This document shows, in pieces, positions 39,889-49,553 of a DNA stretch of 64,000 bases. The first letter of the stretch is position 1. Every line of letters begins with the position of its first letter. Position numbers and translations under genes: made by a program. The notes below the pieces were generated by a model. The model saw only the letters and a list, made by a program, of their open reading frames with translations, was not told where the DNA came from and did not search any database. The stretch is from a virus. The DNA lies in IMG/VR virus record IMGVR_UViG_3300009104_000009, positions 1 to 64,000 of that record; one strand, written 5' to 3'.

Positions 39889-40262
39889 TGAAATCATTTC
39901 GAACATTTATAAAAGTTGAAGGTTTAAATCATGATCGTTATATGAGATCTCATGGTAAAAAAGCCAAAGGTACAGGAAAGTGGGCATTTACCACTAAGAG
40001 AATGGGTGATGTAGATATGGGTAATGATAAAGAGTTTTGGACGTCAGGCCCAAATCAATCTTTATCTAAAGCCGCTAAAGATGCTCAAAAAGCTTTACAC
40101 ACAAAAGATGTTTATGTAATGGAAAAATTAGGTAAAGATTCTACTATGGGCGATTATATTGATGATTTTAAAAAATCTGATGCACCACAATTTAAGGGTA
40201 GATCTAAAGAAAAACGAAAGCAAATGGCTATTGCTGCCAAATTATCCGCAGACGAGAAATGA
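39888..40262 (+). CDS. Putative internal head protein
   Basis: MKSFRTFIKVE leader; DDFKKSDAPQFKGRSKEKRKQMAIAAKL. Confidence 0.5.
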   Translation: MKSFRTFIKVEGLNHDRYMRSHGKKAKGTGKWAFTTKRMGDVDMGNDKEFWTSGPNQSLSKAAKDAQKALHTKDVYVMEKLGKDSTMGDYIDDFKKSDAPQFKGRSKEKRKQMAIAAKLSADEK

Positions 40263-40622
40263 ATGATATCGTTTACAGAGAGGGCCGCCAACGTGGTACT
40301 CAAGATTATGGGCGAACAAAATGTTAGTCAAGAGACGTTTTGCAGAATAGGTGTAAAAGGTGGCGGATGTTCGGGATTTACTTATACTGTAGATTTTGAT
40401 AGTAGAAAAAGTAAATTTGATTTAGAATTTGAAAGCCACGGGCTCACTTGCGTGGTAGATAAAAAAAGTCATTTATATATAAAAGGAACAGAAATAGATT
40501 GGTCTAATGATTTAAATGATCGCGGACTAAAGTTTAATAACCCATCTGCGAAAGGCAGTTGTGGTTGTAGAACATCATTTATGCACGAGGGAATGAATGC
40601 AGGAACACCAAGTTGGATGTGA
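40263..40622 (+). CDS. iscA: A-type Fe-S carrier (IscA/HesB family) 1
   Basis: RIGVKGGGCSGF, FNNP...SCGC. Confidence 0.9.
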   Translation: MISFTERAANVVLKIMGEQNVSQETFCRIGVKGGGCSGFTYTVDFDSRKSKFDLEFESHGLTCVVDKKSHLYIKGTEIDWSNDLNDRGLKFNNPSAKGSCGCRTSFMHEGMNAGTPSWM

Positions 40623-40998
40623 ACTTAAAATAACATTAAAAGCAGCAGTTGAATTTAAACAAATGTGTATTGCTGAAGATAAGCATTGGGTGGATTCATA
40701 TTTAAGAGTAGGTGCCAAAGAAGGTGGTTGCTCAGGTTGGAAATATAGTTTAGATTACGAAGATACAGTTGACCCTACAGATGCGGTTTTTGAGCAACAC
40801 GGAGTTAAAATGGTTGTTGATAATGAGTTGCTAAATAATATAATGGGTGATGTTGAAGTAGATTATAAAATAGGAAATTTAGTTGAGCAGGGTTTTGTAT
40901 TTAATCGCCTCAAATTCGGACATCAATGTGGTTGTGGAGAAAGCTTTACACCACTTAAAGATATGAAAAACGGTAAAGAACAATTAGGCTGGCAATGA
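40597..40998 (+). CDS. A-type Fe-S carrier (IscA/HesB family) 2
   Basis: LRVGAKEGGCSGWKY, QCGCGESF. Confidence 0.88.
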   Translation: MQEHQVGCELKITLKAAVEFKQMCIAEDKHWVDSYLRVGAKEGGCSGWKYSLDYEDTVDPTDAVFEQHGVKMVVDNELLNNIMGDVEVDYKIGNLVEQGFVFNRLKFGHQCGCGESFTPLKDMKNGKEQLGWQ

Positions 40999-41231
40999 GA
41001 ATAACTAATAAAGCAACGGCTCAAAGGCCACTTGGGGTTTACAGAGGCCCAAATATAGTAAATCCAGCAGAAGAAAAACAAAAAGCTGATGCTGTCGCTG
41101 GTAACACTGAAGTGAGACATTTTAAGTGTTCTTCTTGTAATTTGCCTTTTTCTCAAAATATGCCGCCCGGTTCTGAAAAACACCAATCTAAAATAATATG
41201 CCCTAATTGTTATACTGAACAGGTTGGATAA
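40995..41231 (+). CDS. Zinc-ribbon protein
   Basis: CSSC...CPNC. Confidence 0.55.
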   Translation: MRITNKATAQRPLGVYRGPNIVNPAEEKQKADAVAGNTEVRHFKCSSCNLPFSQNMPPGSEKHQSKIICPNCYTEQVG

Positions 41232-41242
41232 AAAATGTAATA

Positions 41243-41893
41243 ATGTATTTTATGCACGTGATTGAGGGTAATTCTATATCTGAAGAATATGCCCGTGAAG
41301 GTAATAAACATTTCAAACAAGAATTCAATATTGATCTAGAATTCTTTCCCGCATGTTCACCCGGAATGTTGTCTCCGGAGTTACGTTTTCAAAAATATAA
41401 AGTATCGACTCACGGTCGTAAATTTAAACGTGAGATTCATGAGACGGAAAAAGCTTGTTTTTGTACTCATTTTGAATTATGGAAGAGGTGTGCAAAACTG
41501 GGAAGGTCAATAGTTTGTTTTGAACATGATGCTCGTAAAAATCCCGATATAGAGGATTATTACGATTTAAAATTTAAATTTGAAAGATTTGTATCAAAAG
41601 GTAGTGATTATAAAAAAGATGATGGAATAGCGATTCTAGGCCAACCGCCATGTACGGCATATATGATGTCACCTGAATTTGCCGAAAGTATTGTAAAGGC
41701 AGTTTATAAGTACATGGAATTAAATGATGGTTTAAATATGCAAGCAGATACATTTTTAATGTATTATATAGAATTAAAAAACGGACATGAACCGGTAAGA
41801 AGAACAGTATTTAAGCAATCTAAAGAATATGGTCAAATTATAGATCACGGGCCTAAAGATGAGGCTCTTCTCAATGAACCTATAAATAAATAA
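41243..41893 (+). CDS. GT25-like glycosyltransferase
   Basis: EKACFCTHFELWKRC, CFEHDA, AYMMSPEFA. Confidence 0.65.
   Translation: MYFMHVIEGNSISEEYAREGNKHFKQEFNIDLEFFPACSPGMLSPELRFQKYKVSTHGRKFKREIHETEKACFCTHFELWKRCAKLGRSIVCFEHDARKNPDIEDYYDLKFKFERFVSKGSDYKKDDGIAILGQPPCTAYMMSPEFAESIVKAVYKYMELNDGLNMQADTFLMYYIELKNGHEPVRRTVFKQSKEYGQIIDHGPKDEALLNEPINK
41881..41888 (+). promoter_or_regulatory. T4-type late promoter
   Basis: TATAAATA. Confidence 0.65.
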
Positions 41894-41904
41894 AGGATGG
41901 AAGC

Positions 41905-42471
41905 ATGAGAAAAATTCTAATTTTAATATTTGTGTTAATTCTTTCTTCTGCGAAATTTTCAATGAGCCAAGAACAGAATCCGTGGTTCAAAGGATTTCCA
42001 GGAATATTAGAAAAAGAAAAGTGGTCAACCCAGCTTTTATACGATACAACAAATGCGTGTTTTCAAGGAACTTTAAAATGGATAGTGATAACACATCCGG
42101 GCCTTATAGGACAAGCACCGACACCGTGGGCCCAACGACAAATGTTAACTCATTGTTTTTGTGTGTTAGATAAAATTAGACGTGAACATAATGCTGAACA
42201 ATATAAAGCAAAAGTCTTTGATCAATCATGGGCTGGCCAATTATTCATGGGTAAAGCGATAGAATGTGTATCTGAATATAAAACTCTTCCTCAATTCTTT
42301 GCAATGGAGGATAATAAAACACGAGAAGATTTAGATAGACTTAAAAATAACTTAAAAAATCTAGATAATGAAACTTTAGTGCCACTGGTACCGGAAGATT
42401 CACAAGAAGAGTCACCAGACCAAAAACAGAAAGAATCAGAAGAGGTACCGGAAACAATTTTTCAAGGATAA
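41905..42471 (+). CDS. Secreted hypothetical protein (4 Cys)
   Basis: Signal peptide MRKILILIFVLILSSA. Confidence 0.6.
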   Translation: MRKILILIFVLILSSAKFSMSQEQNPWFKGFPGILEKEKWSTQLLYDTTNACFQGTLKWIVITHPGLIGQAPTPWAQRQMLTHCFCVLDKIRREHNAEQYKAKVFDQSWAGQLFMGKAIECVSEYKTLPQFFAMEDNKTREDLDRLKNNLKNLDNETLVPLVPEDSQEESPDQKQKESEEVPETIFQG

Positions 42472-42474
42472 TAC

Positions 42475-43599
42475 ATGAAAAGCTTCAAACACATGAGTTT
42501 GATGTGTTTTGTTTTGTTATTGTTATCTTTTGGATGTAGTAATTCTACTTTTTTAAATAAACCATCAACTCAAACAGATAATGAACTGGTTGAAGTTAAA
42601 AATACATCAAACTTTCAATCGATAGTAGAAAGGGCCAAGCAGGCTATAGTTCTGCTTTCTACAAGTGCCAATATAGACCCAACTACAGATCCTACTAAAA
42701 ACGGATTATGTGCTGGAGTTGCTATCGATGATAAAGGACATATTCTCACAAATTATCATTGTGTTCATAAACAAAATTTTATTAAATTAATCTATTATAA
42801 TGAAAATGATTATGATATGTATGATGTCAATGTAATCGGATTAGATCCATTAGCGGATTTAGCATTACTTGAAGTCATAGGAGATGTGAAACCAAAATCT
42901 TATGTTAAAATATCTGAAGACACTCCTAATATAAAAGAAGGAGATGAAGTATATGCAATGGGCCATCCAATGGGAATGGCTTGGACTTTAACTAAAGGGA
43001 TTATTTCTAGTAACGAAAGATATGCAAGGCATCCTTATATTAAAGTACTGCAAACCGACGCAGCTATCAATAAGGGCAATTCCGGAGGACCTCTTTTAAA
43101 TATGAAAGGTGAAATTATAGGAATTAATGCGATGATTTTGTCCAGAGGAGCTGGAAGTAGTGGAGTAGGGTTAGCAATTAGGGGAGATATTGTATTAAAA
43201 TCTGTAGAATCTATGCTAGCTATAGGTAAAGTTGAAAGACCAGCAGTTGGAGTAACGATTATGAGTTTACTCGGTCTTAAAGCCAGAGATAAAATAATAA
43301 AAGAATTTCCTGATCGCAAATCAGAATATATTCCAAATACTTTAGGTTTGTATATAAAACCAGATGGCGGAGTCCCGGAACCGTTAAAACCACATGATAC
43401 AATTATTGGAGTAAACGGTGTTCCAACAAATGATGGATTAAAATTTTCTGATGAATTAGGAAAATATGAGGTTGGGGATACAATTACAATATTAATTATT
43501 CGAAAACGAGCACTTCGCGAAGTGTCGGTAACATTAAAGGCATTGCCAGTGGATGTGGAAAAATTGTATCCTAAAAATCCAATGCAGATAAGACCTTAG
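42475..43599 (+). CDS. HtrA/DegP-family serine protease with PDZ, lipoprotein signal
   Basis: TNYHCV, DLALL, TDAAINKGNSGGPL; LSFGC lipobox. Confidence 0.92.
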   Translation: MKSFKHMSLMCFVLLLLSFGCSNSTFLNKPSTQTDNELVEVKNTSNFQSIVERAKQAIVLLSTSANIDPTTDPTKNGLCAGVAIDDKGHILTNYHCVHKQNFIKLIYYNENDYDMYDVNVIGLDPLADLALLEVIGDVKPKSYVKISEDTPNIKEGDEVYAMGHPMGMAWTLTKGIISSNERYARHPYIKVLQTDAAINKGNSGGPLLNMKGEIIGINAMILSRGAGSSGVGLAIRGDIVLKSVESMLAIGKVERPAVGVTIMSLLGLKARDKIIKEFPDRKSEYIPNTLGLYIKPDGGVPEPLKPHDTIIGVNGVPTNDGLKFSDELGKYEVGDTITILIIRKRALREVSVTLKALPVDVEKLYPKNPMQIRP

Positions 43600-43647
43600 A
43601 AAGATTCTCTTGAATAAATATAACATAAATTAACTTTGAGGTGAATT

Positions 43648-45105
43648 ATGGAATCTTTTAAAAAGTTTATAGTTGAAGCAACATTTAGTGCTAAATCTAT
43701 ACAACCAGTTGTTGATAGGATAAGGGCCGTCTTAGAAAGAAAAGCCGGCCTATCCTTTTATCAATATGGCGGTGAAGGTGTTGGTCAACAGTTTCAAAAA
43801 GCTAAAACCGGCGCAGGTGTAGGTATTTTATTTCTTATTGGTGATAAGGGAAAGGCTATCAGATTAAACTGGGAAAAGAAAAATGCTAAGCAAACCAGTA
43901 TCACTTCTTGTGATTATTGGGATAGTTGGAATATAGATTTTCCTTGGCCTACACGAACCGTTCACGGTTTACATCATCTTAATTCTATTCAACTAGTAGA
44001 CACCCTTTCAAATTTTATTAAATCCCCAAAAGCTCGAGAACTTAAAATTACAATTAATGAAGCTTCTGGTGAATTAGATCTTGCTAGCGTTGCAAGAGCT
44101 GCTTATCATGAATTAGGTAGTTCCGAAGTTAAAGTATCTGAATTAAAAGATATATCTCGCCGATTAGGAAAAAAAGTAAATCAATATCAGTTATCAAAAT
44201 TACCTAGAGGAAAACGCGGGACTGTTAATATAACAATGTTATTAGATACTGATGTAGGTGAAAAAGAAACTGTTCAAGATGATCCATCTCAAAAGAAAAT
44301 AGAAGCTGCTGCAGATAAAGTTCCAGTAGATGAGTTATTTAAAGATTTATCCGATTTAGTTGACCTAGTTATTAGAGATGCTCGACCAGCTCTTTTGATA
44401 ACAGGTGGCGGAGGAACAGGAAAATCCTTTACTGTGAAAGAACGTATAAAGAAAGCTGGAATAACAAAAGCAGATTATAAAATTAGTAAAGGCGCAACAT
44501 CGGTATTTGGATTATATACTGAATTTTTTATGGCGAGAAAAGGAAAATTAATTGTATTTGACGATAATGATGATGTATTTAAAGATATGACCTCCCAAAA
44601 TCTTTTAAAAGCTGCTTTGGATAGTTATGATGAAAGAGAGATATCGTGGTCTTCAAAATCAACTGTACCAATTGATCAATCTTTACCTCGTGCTGCAATC
44701 ATACAAATTGAAGATGGAATTGAACAAAATTTGGTAGCAGGCGGAGATCCAGAAACTGGTAAGTTACCACGATTACCGAACACTTTTGAATTTAATGGTA
44801 GAGTTATTTTTATATCAAATCTTCCAAAAGATAAAATACCTCAACCTGTTATATCAAGATCTTTAACTATTGATATTTCATTATCTCCCGGAGAATTAAT
44901 GGAAAGAATGGAAGCAGTGGTTCCAGTTATTGCTAAAGAAACAGGTGTATCGGAAGGCCAGGCGGAAATGGTATTGAGAAAATTAAAAGAGTTAGCGGAA
45001 GCAAAGAAAATATCTCAACCCACAATGAGAACTTTACCTGCCGCAATAAATATTATGAAATCAGGAATGCCTAGATGGGAAACCTTATTGAAATATGCTG
45101 CATGA
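43648..45105 (+). CDS. AAA+ ATPase with capsid-targeting-like leader
   Basis: GGGGTGKS, LIVFDD, NLLKAALD, GRVIFISN; MESFKKFIVEA. Confidence 0.75.
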   Translation: MESFKKFIVEATFSAKSIQPVVDRIRAVLERKAGLSFYQYGGEGVGQQFQKAKTGAGVGILFLIGDKGKAIRLNWEKKNAKQTSITSCDYWDSWNIDFPWPTRTVHGLHHLNSIQLVDTLSNFIKSPKARELKITINEASGELDLASVARAAYHELGSSEVKVSELKDISRRLGKKVNQYQLSKLPRGKRGTVNITMLLDTDVGEKETVQDDPSQKKIEAAADKVPVDELFKDLSDLVDLVIRDARPALLITGGGGTGKSFTVKERIKKAGITKADYKISKGATSVFGLYTEFFMARKGKLIVFDDNDDVFKDMTSQNLLKAALDSYDEREISWSSKSTVPIDQSLPRAAIIQIEDGIEQNLVAGGDPETGKLPRLPNTFEFNGRVIFISNLPKDKIPQPVISRSLTIDISLSPGELMERMEAVVPVIAKETGVSEGQAEMVLRKLKELAEAKKISQPTMRTLPAAINIMKSGMPRWETLLKYAA

Positions 45106-45254
45106 AGGATTGGATTGCTAGAAAACTTCAAGAATTAAGAGGTCCCGCAAAAGTAATTCCCTTCCCTTTGAAAGATGAGAATATATATAGATTACGAAAT
45201 TCTCAATTAGATAATAATACAGAGAAACGCGATGAACATATCGAGGTATCCTGA
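45102..45254 (+). CDS. Small protein (50 aa, not in ORF track)
   Basis: ATGA coupling; MKDWIARKLQELRGPAKVIPFPL... Confidence 0.45.
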   Translation: MKDWIARKLQELRGPAKVIPFPLKDENIYRLRNSQLDNNTEKRDEHIEVS

Positions 45255-45444
45255 ACTAGAACAACACACTGATTTTCTAGCCCAATCACGACAATATCAA
45301 ATTAGAATATTTAAAAAAACCGGTAATTTTGTGGTTTTAGATGAGGATGGAGATTTCGTAGTGGTAAATAGAAGTGAAGCAGAATGGGTTTCGTCCATTA
45401 TGCTAGAAAACCTTATGGAGCACAATGAAGTCATGGTCTCTTGA
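45232..45444 (+). CDS. Hypothetical protein
   Basis: Packed ORF. Confidence 0.5.
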   Translation: MNISRYPELEQHTDFLAQSRQYQIRIFKKTGNFVVLDEDGDFVVVNRSEAEWVSSIMLENLMEHNEVMVS

Positions 45445-46051
45445 TAAAGATTTAGCGTCAAGCTGTTTAGAAACTCTCGAAGGAATTAAAGATTGGAAAA
45501 CTTTTGAGAGAAATAATAGTTTAATGTTTGAATACTATGATTGGGAACAGCACGACGACCTTAGAGAAGTTTATAATCAACTTCATTCACAACGTACAAT
45601 TAAAAATTTAGAAGAGGAAACTAATACTAGTGGATTATTATTTGATCCGTTAGGTGTTGGTGAGGGTATATCTAAAATGGTTAAAGGGTGTAAACTCGAT
45701 CCTCATATAGATTTTAATTGGAATAACAGAGTTAAACTAAACAGGGTTTTTAGTTTAATTGTTTATCTTGGATATTGTAAAGGAGGTGAATTTCAAATCT
45801 GGGATAAAGAAAGAAAAAATATTATGTGGAATCATACGCCGGATCATAATACATCAGTATTATTTAAAAATAATGATTCGGTTCCACATAGTGTAACTGA
45901 AATAACAAATGGCACCAGATATGCTATAAGACAATTTTATTATCAAAGTAATAGCACTCCTATCGAAGACCCTCATCAATCTTTATATTATTATGACGGT
46001 GAAAAAGCTTATAACATTGAAAAGAAAATGCCTACAAATTCTATAGATTAA
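45425..46051 (+). CDS. 2OG-Fe(II) oxygenase
   Basis: PHID...GGEF...PHSV...R.AIRQFYY. Confidence 0.8.
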   Translation: MKSWSLDKDLASSCLETLEGIKDWKTFERNNSLMFEYYDWEQHDDLREVYNQLHSQRTIKNLEEETNTSGLLFDPLGVGEGISKMVKGCKLDPHIDFNWNNRVKLNRVFSLIVYLGYCKGGEFQIWDKERKNIMWNHTPDHNTSVLFKNNDSVPHSVTEITNGTRYAIRQFYYQSNSTPIEDPHQSLYYYDGEKAYNIEKKMPTNSID

Positions 46052-46052
46052 T

Positions 46053-46433
46053 ATGAACGCTGAAGAAGAAGAGATAGCTATACAAAAAGCTATCGAAGAC
46101 GGAATTCCTATAATAAATGTCGGACAGGAAGAAGATTATCAAATCGCCTTAGAAGTGTGGGGGAAATTTAAAGTTGTTTATCCAGATGGAAGAGAAGAGA
46201 TTGTAGAAGGAAAGCATGCTTTTTGTACATGCGGTCTTTCTAGAACTAAACCATATTGTGATCAAACACATCAATGTTTTAGATCCGACCCAAGTGATCC
46301 AAGTAGATCTAAAGAAGTAAAATGGGAATTTTTAACAAATAAAGAACGACACGATATAATGAACGGCATAAAAATTGACCATCTCAAAATTAAAGCTAGA
46401 GATGATGATCCCACATTTGATAGAGAAGCATGA
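46053..46433 (+). CDS. CDGSH-type (NEET-like) 2Fe-2S protein
   Basis: FCTCGLSRTKPYCDQTH. Confidence 0.8.
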   Translation: MNAEEEEIAIQKAIEDGIPIINVGQEEDYQIALEVWGKFKVVYPDGREEIVEGKHAFCTCGLSRTKPYCDQTHQCFRSDPSDPSRSKEVKWEFLTNKERHDIMNGIKIDHLKIKARDDDPTFDREA

Positions 46434-47254
46434 TATATCTTTTTGGTGATAGTTTTGTAGAGAATGAACCCGCAGAAAGTTTAGGAGTTGAGGAGCATGA
46501 ACGTTGGTATCAAATGCTTTCCAGTAACCTCAATGAAGAACATAAGAATTATGGTAAATGCGGTGAAGGTCCCTCAGCATCGTTGAAAAAATTTCATCGA
46601 CTTTACGAGGACCATAAATTCAAAGAAAATGATAAATTTGTATTTGTATTATCAAGTCCATATAGAATCCCATGGACCTGGCTTAAAGACGAATCGCATG
46701 CCTCTCAGGTATATGAGGATTGGCAGGAAGATAAAGATATTCGAGAGCGTTATCCCGACTTCAAGTCTAAGCGAGATTCTGCTTGTAAGATTCGTTGGGC
46801 AAAATGTGTAAATGCAATTTATGATAGCATGCGCGATGAATTCGATCATTTAAATTTAAAGAATATTTCATATCTTTCTACTATATCTAAACAGAATAAT
46901 TGGCAGATGATTGTTTTTCGAGTATGGGGAATGAATCCTAATCCCTATAGTAAAGTATATGAAGAAAATTTATTTGATTTTTCAATACTTAATGATGATT
47001 TATTTTATTTTTATCCAATTCCATTATATGAACATTCAAAAAAAGAATGGGTTGATGAATCATTAGAATTTCAAGGAACTCTTAATCATTTTACTTATCG
47101 TAATCATATAATATTGAGTAATATTATGATAAACCATTTTAAGAAAACAGATTTGCCTACTAAATTTCATGAGCATTTTATTCGCGGTGTAAAAAATGTA
47201 GAAAGACGTTATGCTGAAGATCCAAATCAATTAGTAGACTTTATATACGAATGA
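46430..47254 (+). CDS. SGNH-hydrolase-like protein 1
   Basis: LFGDSF, NYGKCG, NHFT..NH. Confidence 0.55.
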   Translation: MIYLFGDSFVENEPAESLGVEEHERWYQMLSSNLNEEHKNYGKCGEGPSASLKKFHRLYEDHKFKENDKFVFVLSSPYRIPWTWLKDESHASQVYEDWQEDKDIRERYPDFKSKRDSACKIRWAKCVNAIYDSMRDEFDHLNLKNISYLSTISKQNNWQMIVFRVWGMNPNPYSKVYEENLFDFSILNDDLFYFYPIPLYEHSKKEWVDESLEFQGTLNHFTYRNHIILSNIMINHFKKTDLPTKFHEHFIRGVKNVERRYAEDPNQLVDFIYE

Positions 47255-48150
47255 AATTTATAATTGAACCACCCACCGTTAACGATCCAGATTTAACACC
47301 TTTATTAGATATAGAGGGCCCGATAGAAGTATATGATGTATTCGAAGTAGATAGAGAACCGATTATTACATTTTTAGAAACATTGCCTAATGAAGTAACT
47401 TATTATACCGCCGATGGGAATTTGAAAAGTGATAAACTCAAAATAATATACGATCCTTATTCTTTTTTGACTGAGATCAGTCAGCGCAGTAGAGACGTAT
47501 ATTATCATAAGCCTGTTATACATGGTCCTATAAAATATAATTTTATTAGTTTATGTTCGGCACCTAGAAAACATAAGTATGATTTGTTAGATAACTTCTA
47601 TACTAATAAATATTTTATATATTCGAATTATCCTTATTCTATGGTTAATGAAACAGATTATAAGTGGCATCCGAATAAGCCCTTGAAAGAATATAAGGGT
47701 AAGAACGGATTTTCTAATTTAGACATAAAAAGTCTTACGGAAATAGAATCTGATCATCACGGATTTCAAGAATTGGTCCCCGTTGAATATTATCAATCTA
47801 ATTGTGATTTGGTATTAGAATCAACAGTTGAGACTCTTTTTATTACAGAAAAGACATGGAAACCCATAGTATATAAAAAACCATTTTTGGTTTGGGGTGG
47901 AAGTGGAATTCATGCTAAGTTAAAAGATTTAGGTTTTAAATTATTTGAAGAATTGTTTAATTATAATTTTGACAAATTTAGAAATAATAAAAAGCGATTA
48001 GATAAGTTGTGTGAGACAGTAAAACCTTACATGAATATGGAACCTAGTACATTAGAACATTCTATAAAATTATCTATTAAAGATAAAATAGAATATAATT
48101 ATAATCTTTATTGTGAAAAATTTAATGTGGAACAAAGTAGAAGAATTTGA
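47251..48150 (+). CDS. Glycosyltransferase-like protein (TEKTxK family) 1
   Basis: LVLES...FITEKTWKPI...PFLVWG...LGFKLF.....YNFD. Confidence 0.55.
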   Translation: MKFIIEPPTVNDPDLTPLLDIEGPIEVYDVFEVDREPIITFLETLPNEVTYYTADGNLKSDKLKIIYDPYSFLTEISQRSRDVYYHKPVIHGPIKYNFISLCSAPRKHKYDLLDNFYTNKYFIYSNYPYSMVNETDYKWHPNKPLKEYKGKNGFSNLDIKSLTEIESDHHGFQELVPVEYYQSNCDLVLESTVETLFITEKTWKPIVYKKPFLVWGGSGIHAKLKDLGFKLFEELFNYNFDKFRNNKKRLDKLCETVKPYMNMEPSTLEHSIKLSIKDKIEYNYNLYCEKFNVEQSRRI

Positions 48151-48751
48151 AAAATTAATTGCTGAGTTTGCAGGATCTAAGTACGCCATAGCAACAGATA
48201 GTTGTACTAACGCAATTTTCATATCAGCATTATGGAATAAAAAAACTAAGCCATTTGACATATATAATAATATAGCTGAGGTACCCAAACAAACATATGT
48301 GAGTGTCCCTCAAGCTCTTCGACAAGCTGGATATAGGTTGAAATTTAAAGATATTAAATGGAAAGGATATTATCCAATAGAGCCGTTAAATATTGTTGAT
48401 GGTGCTTGTCGATTCACTAGGGATATGTATTTTCCGGGAAGTTATCATTGTCTCAGTTTTCATCATAGAAAAACAATATCTACTGTTAGAGGGGGTATGA
48501 TATTAACAGATGATAAGGATTTTGTTAAATGGGCACGACCGATGATTTATATGGGTCGAAATAAAGATGTTAAATATGTAGATGATGAACTTATGGCAGA
48601 TGGTTATAACATGTATATGACACCTGAGACAGCCGAACTAGGATTATTTAAATTTGATATGTTTATGAGAGGAGAACAAAAAGTAGAAGATATAGATATA
48701 GCTGATAGTAATCATTATAAAGATATTAGTATTTTAAATTGGAATGATTGA
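48125..48751 (+). CDS. DegT/DnrJ/StrS-type PLP aminotransferase (short)
   Basis: FEKLIAEFAGSKYAIATDSCT, VDGA, SFHHRKTI...GGMILTDD, GYNMYM. Confidence 0.82.
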   Translation: MWNKVEEFEKLIAEFAGSKYAIATDSCTNAIFISALWNKKTKPFDIYNNIAEVPKQTYVSVPQALRQAGYRLKFKDIKWKGYYPIEPLNIVDGACRFTRDMYFPGSYHCLSFHHRKTISTVRGGMILTDDKDFVKWARPMIYMGRNKDVKYVDDELMADGYNMYMTPETAELGLFKFDMFMRGEQKVEDIDIADSNHYKDISILNWND

Positions 48752-49553
48752 TATATACGGAGACAGTTTCGCAGATCCTAATTGGAAAATAGGAATGCCG
48801 GTTCACGAATCGGTTGATACAAATTTTACATCATGGTATGAAAGATTAGGAGATGAACCGATGCATCGAGGAAGAAATTTTGCTAAGTCTGCAACAGGGC
48901 CTCATTATTCGTTTCGCGAGTTATATAAACGTTATAAGAAATATACAAAAGATGATCATATAATTTTTATTATTTCAGGTCGCGATAGAATTCATTTTCA
49001 TGTACCGAGAGAATTTCAACGGGAAGATAGATACCAACAAATTTGTCCAGAAGACGTTTTTTGGGATGAACGTAAAAATCAAACTACTCTTCCGGATTTG
49101 TTTCGAAAAAATTCAAAGAATGCCGAGATTCCTCTTACAGCGTGGTATGAGAAGTATAGATTACACATGGATTATGCTTATAAAACATTTAAAGCAGAAA
49201 TAGATAATTCGACTGTCAAATGTGAATCTTTTCTCTATATGATATCTAGAATTCAACAATGTAAAGTAACCGTATTTTTATTACATGCTAATGATTCGTA
49301 TATGGGTGATAGGTTAAATGATGATTTATTTTATTTGCATAACTATAGCCTATTGAGGGCTAGTAATGAAGAATTTATTAATTATAAAGAAAATAGATTT
49401 CCAAGATGGGAACTAAGACAGAACCATCTTTCAAAAGAAAATCATGATGTGATGGAAGAAATTATTCGGACAAGAACTTTTAAACCATTCAAGAAAAACT
49501 TTGTAGATCCAACACCATTCGAACAAGACGAAGAAAGATTTATATATGATTAA
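48744..49553 (+). CDS. SGNH-hydrolase-like protein 2
   Basis: IYGDSF, NFAKSATG, NHLSKENH. Confidence 0.55.
   Translation: MIDIYGDSFADPNWKIGMPVHESVDTNFTSWYERLGDEPMHRGRNFAKSATGPHYSFRELYKRYKKYTKDDHIIFIISGRDRIHFHVPREFQREDRYQQICPEDVFWDERKNQTTLPDLFRKNSKNAEIPLTAWYEKYRLHMDYAYKTFKAEIDNSTVKCESFLYMISRIQQCKVTVFLLHANDSYMGDRLNDDLFYLHNYSLLRASNEEFINYKENRFPRWELRQNHLSKENHDVMEEIIRTRTFKPFKKNFVDPTPFEQDEERFIYD

Noticed and set aside
39888-40622. TGA 40260-40262 directly followed by in-frame IscA
   Set aside because: The next codon is IscA's own ATG, there is no AGU-loop hairpin at +16, and all IscA Cys ligands are normal codons.
42475-42500. MKSFKHM start of HtrA as a capsid-targeting leader
   Set aside because: It continues into a hydrophobic lipoprotein signal, so it is more simply the n-region of a signal peptide.
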